A DNA stretch of 17,564 nucleotides from an uncultured archaeon (lineage in GTDB: Archaea > Asgardarchaeota > Lokiarchaeia > Sigyniarchaeales > SOKP01): the NCBI GenBank assembly GCA_964583985.1, contig CAZOYD010000067.1, positions 1 through 17,564 of the forward strand, written 5' to 3'. Both the position numbers and the translations under genes were made by a program. This document shows positions 15,860 through 17,564 of the stretch, in pieces (within the stretch, counting starts at the first letter, position 1; each line of letters begins with the position of its first letter). A model generated the notes under the pieces. It was not told the DNA's origin. It did no database searches and worked only from the letters and a program-made list of their open reading frames with translations.

Positions 15860-17563
15860 TTAAGCCCCTCCATTAAATTTTTTGATTTCTACAAGGCATG
15901 ACTTTAAAGCAGAAGCACCTCCGGGAGAAAAAGCATCCTTAGTTAAAGTATTGACACAGCCCCCACGATCAATTCCATTTTCATCCGGATCGTACCAAGC
16001 TCCTTCAAATATACTAATTACACCCGGAATTATTCTTTCTGTTAGCCATGCTGTTATTGTAAGCTTACCTCGATCATTAAAGACTAAAATTTCATCTCCA
16101 TCCTTTATATTTCTGGGCTTAGCATCAACAGGATTAATCCAAGCCACGTGTGGATCTACTTCTCTCAACCATTCAACTAAAAACATTTCTGAATGAACAC
16201 GATTTTTCGGATGTGGCGAAAGTAATTGTAATGGATATTTTTTTCCTAAGGGGTCATAACGACCTTCCCAACGTTCCATATATTTAGGGATTGATGGATT
16301 ATCAGGGTCATTTAGTTCAGCTATCCTTTGGGAATAAATTTCGATCTTACCTGATGGAGTCTCAAATGGTTTTTTTTCAATATCATCAATTTGTTCCTTG
16401 AATGCGATATAGGGTTGTTCAAGATCAAGCCGCTTGATCCCTTTTTCTCTAAATTCATCAATATCACGGATGTTTTTTCTTGTATCTTCACGTAATTTTA
16501 TTAAAAATTTTAATGCTTTTAATTCATCGGGGTATTTTTGAAAATCTTCTATTTCAAGCTTATCAGCTAATTCCTCAGCAATTCTTAAGTCAGACTTACA
16601 CTCTCCAATTGGTTCAATTGCTTTATTCATGGCAGTAAAATATGGTCCAGAAGGCCACGGTCTAGTGAGATCATTCCTCTCAGCTGCACTTGTTACGGGG
16701 AGGATTATATCGGCATATTTAGCAGTAGGGGTAAGCCATAATTCTGAACAAACCATAAAATCAAGTTGTTTAAGTGCCCTAGCGGCTTTATTTGTGTTTC
16801 CAAGTTGATTTAAAAAATTATTATTGACAAACCAAGCAAATTTAACATCAAATGGGTAACCTCCTTTTTTTCCTTCTAAGATTGCATCAAAGATTTTATT
16901 TGTGTGACATCTTGCTTGAAATCTTAACTGCAAATCTAACGATCCTCGGACAGATATCAATCCTTCTTCGACTGGATTCCTTTTTGGAGGAGGAATTCTA
17001 GAAGAGAAAAACATGTGGCCATAAGGTATTCCCATTAATCCCCCTGCGGCACTACCACCCCTTTTCCCCACATTTCCAGTCATGGCTGTTAATGTCATCG
17101 CACACCTATTGTATAATTCTCCTACTGCACTTCGAGCTGGTCCTTGACAATCCATTAGAGCGGCAGGTTTTGTAGAAGCATATTCTCGAGCGAGATTTCT
17201 TATTAGTCCAGCTGGAACCGCAGTTATTTTAGCAGCCCAATCTGGAGTTTTTGGAATACCATCCTCCTTTCCCATAACATAATCTGAAAATTTATCGAAT
17301 CCAATAGTAAATCTCTCTAAGAAATCGTTATCATAAATCTTCTCCTTAATCATTACATAGGCCATTGCAACCATCATTGCTGTGTCAGTACCAGGAATAA
17401 TGGGTATCCATTGATCAGCTAGAATAACAGCGGAATCCGTATATCTGGGATCAACACAGATAATTTTTATTCCTCTTTCTTTAGCTTGTATTAATTTATA
17501 GATAGTGTTAGAACCTGAAATCATTCTGGCAGGATCCCATCCCCACATTATGATTAATTTTGA
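15860..17563 (-). CDS. dmsA: DMSO-reductase-family molybdopterin oxidoreductase catalytic subunit (DmsA-like), 5'-truncated by the window edge
   Basis: The frame is open to the window end (SKLIIMWGWDP), so ATG 17548 is internal. Motifs include VDPRYTDSA, WIPIIPGTDTA, DGIPKTPDWAA, TPTAKYADIILP, TPSGKIEIYS and C-terminal INPVDA...VFNDRG. The substrate cannot be determined here. Confidence 0.88.
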   Translation of the reverse strand, partial: SKLIIMWGWDPARMISGSNTIYKLIQAKERGIKIICVDPRYTDSAVILADQWIPIIPGTDTAMMVAMAYVMIKEKIYDNDFLERFTIGFDKFSDYVMGKEDGIPKTPDWAAKITAVPAGLIRNLAREYASTKPAALMDCQGPARSAVGELYNRCAMTLTAMTGNVGKRGGSAAGGLMGIPYGHMFFSSRIPPPKRNPVEEGLISVRGSLDLQLRFQARCHTNKIFDAILEGKKGGYPFDVKFAWFVNNNFLNQLGNTNKAARALKQLDFMVCSELWLTPTAKYADIILPVTSAAERNDLTRPWPSGPYFTAMNKAIEPIGECKSDLRIAEELADKLEIEDFQKYPDELKALKFLIKLREDTRKNIRDIDEFREKGIKRLDLEQPYIAFKEQIDDIEKKPFETPSGKIEIYSQRIAELNDPDNPSIPKYMERWEGRYDPLGKKYPLQLLSPHPKNRVHSEMFLVEWLREVDPHVAWINPVDAKPRNIKDGDEILVFNDRGKLTITAWLTERIIPGVISIFEGAWYDPDENGIDRGGCVNTLTKDAFSPGGASALKSCLVEIKKFNGGA

Positions 17564-17564
17564 A

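Noticed and set aside
767-16196. Short ORFs in the track (767-964, 1881-2114, 4203-4460, 4509-4700, 4824-5024, 5236-5517, 6831-7193, 7751-8071, 9840-10241, 13521-13760, 13889-14071, 14501-14731, 15882-16196)
   Set aside because: All lie antisense to, or out of frame within, well-supported genes and show no recognisable motifs. They are typical shadow ORFs.
1-17564. CRISPR array, transposase, integrase or defence system
   Set aside because: I found no regularly spaced repeats and no ORFs with such motifs. Nearly all of the sequence is accounted for by housekeeping genes.

Overview
An AT-rich, gene-dense archaeal housekeeping region. A Rab-like small GTPase, an archaeal AbrB-PhoU regulator, GGTGA ribosome-binding sites and U-rich terminators suggest an Asgard archaeon, possibly Lokiarchaeia (inference). 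In order, it contains: a 5'-truncated glutamine-dependent NAD synthetase; a Rab-like GTPase; a phosphate-uptake locus (pstS, a single-gene pstC-pstA fusion, pstB, phoU) with a divergent AbrB-PhoU regulator; a small Lrp/AsnC ligand-binding-domain gene missing from the ORF track, apparently starting at ATT; a hypothetical membrane protein; carA-carB with eukaryote (CAD-like) signatures, in the same frame and separated by one stop and one codon; a ketopantoate-reductase-family gene; and a 5'-truncated DmsA-like molybdoenzyme with a DmsB-like Fe-S subunit and no downstream membrane anchor. I saw no tRNA, rRNA, CRISPR array or transposase. I cannot demonstrate a new biological system. The best leads are the hidden ATT-start gene, the near-fused eukaryote-like CPSase, the PstC-PstA fusion with a duplicated membrane linker, a cloverleaf-like element between phoU and the GTPase, and candidate archaeal Pho boxes.
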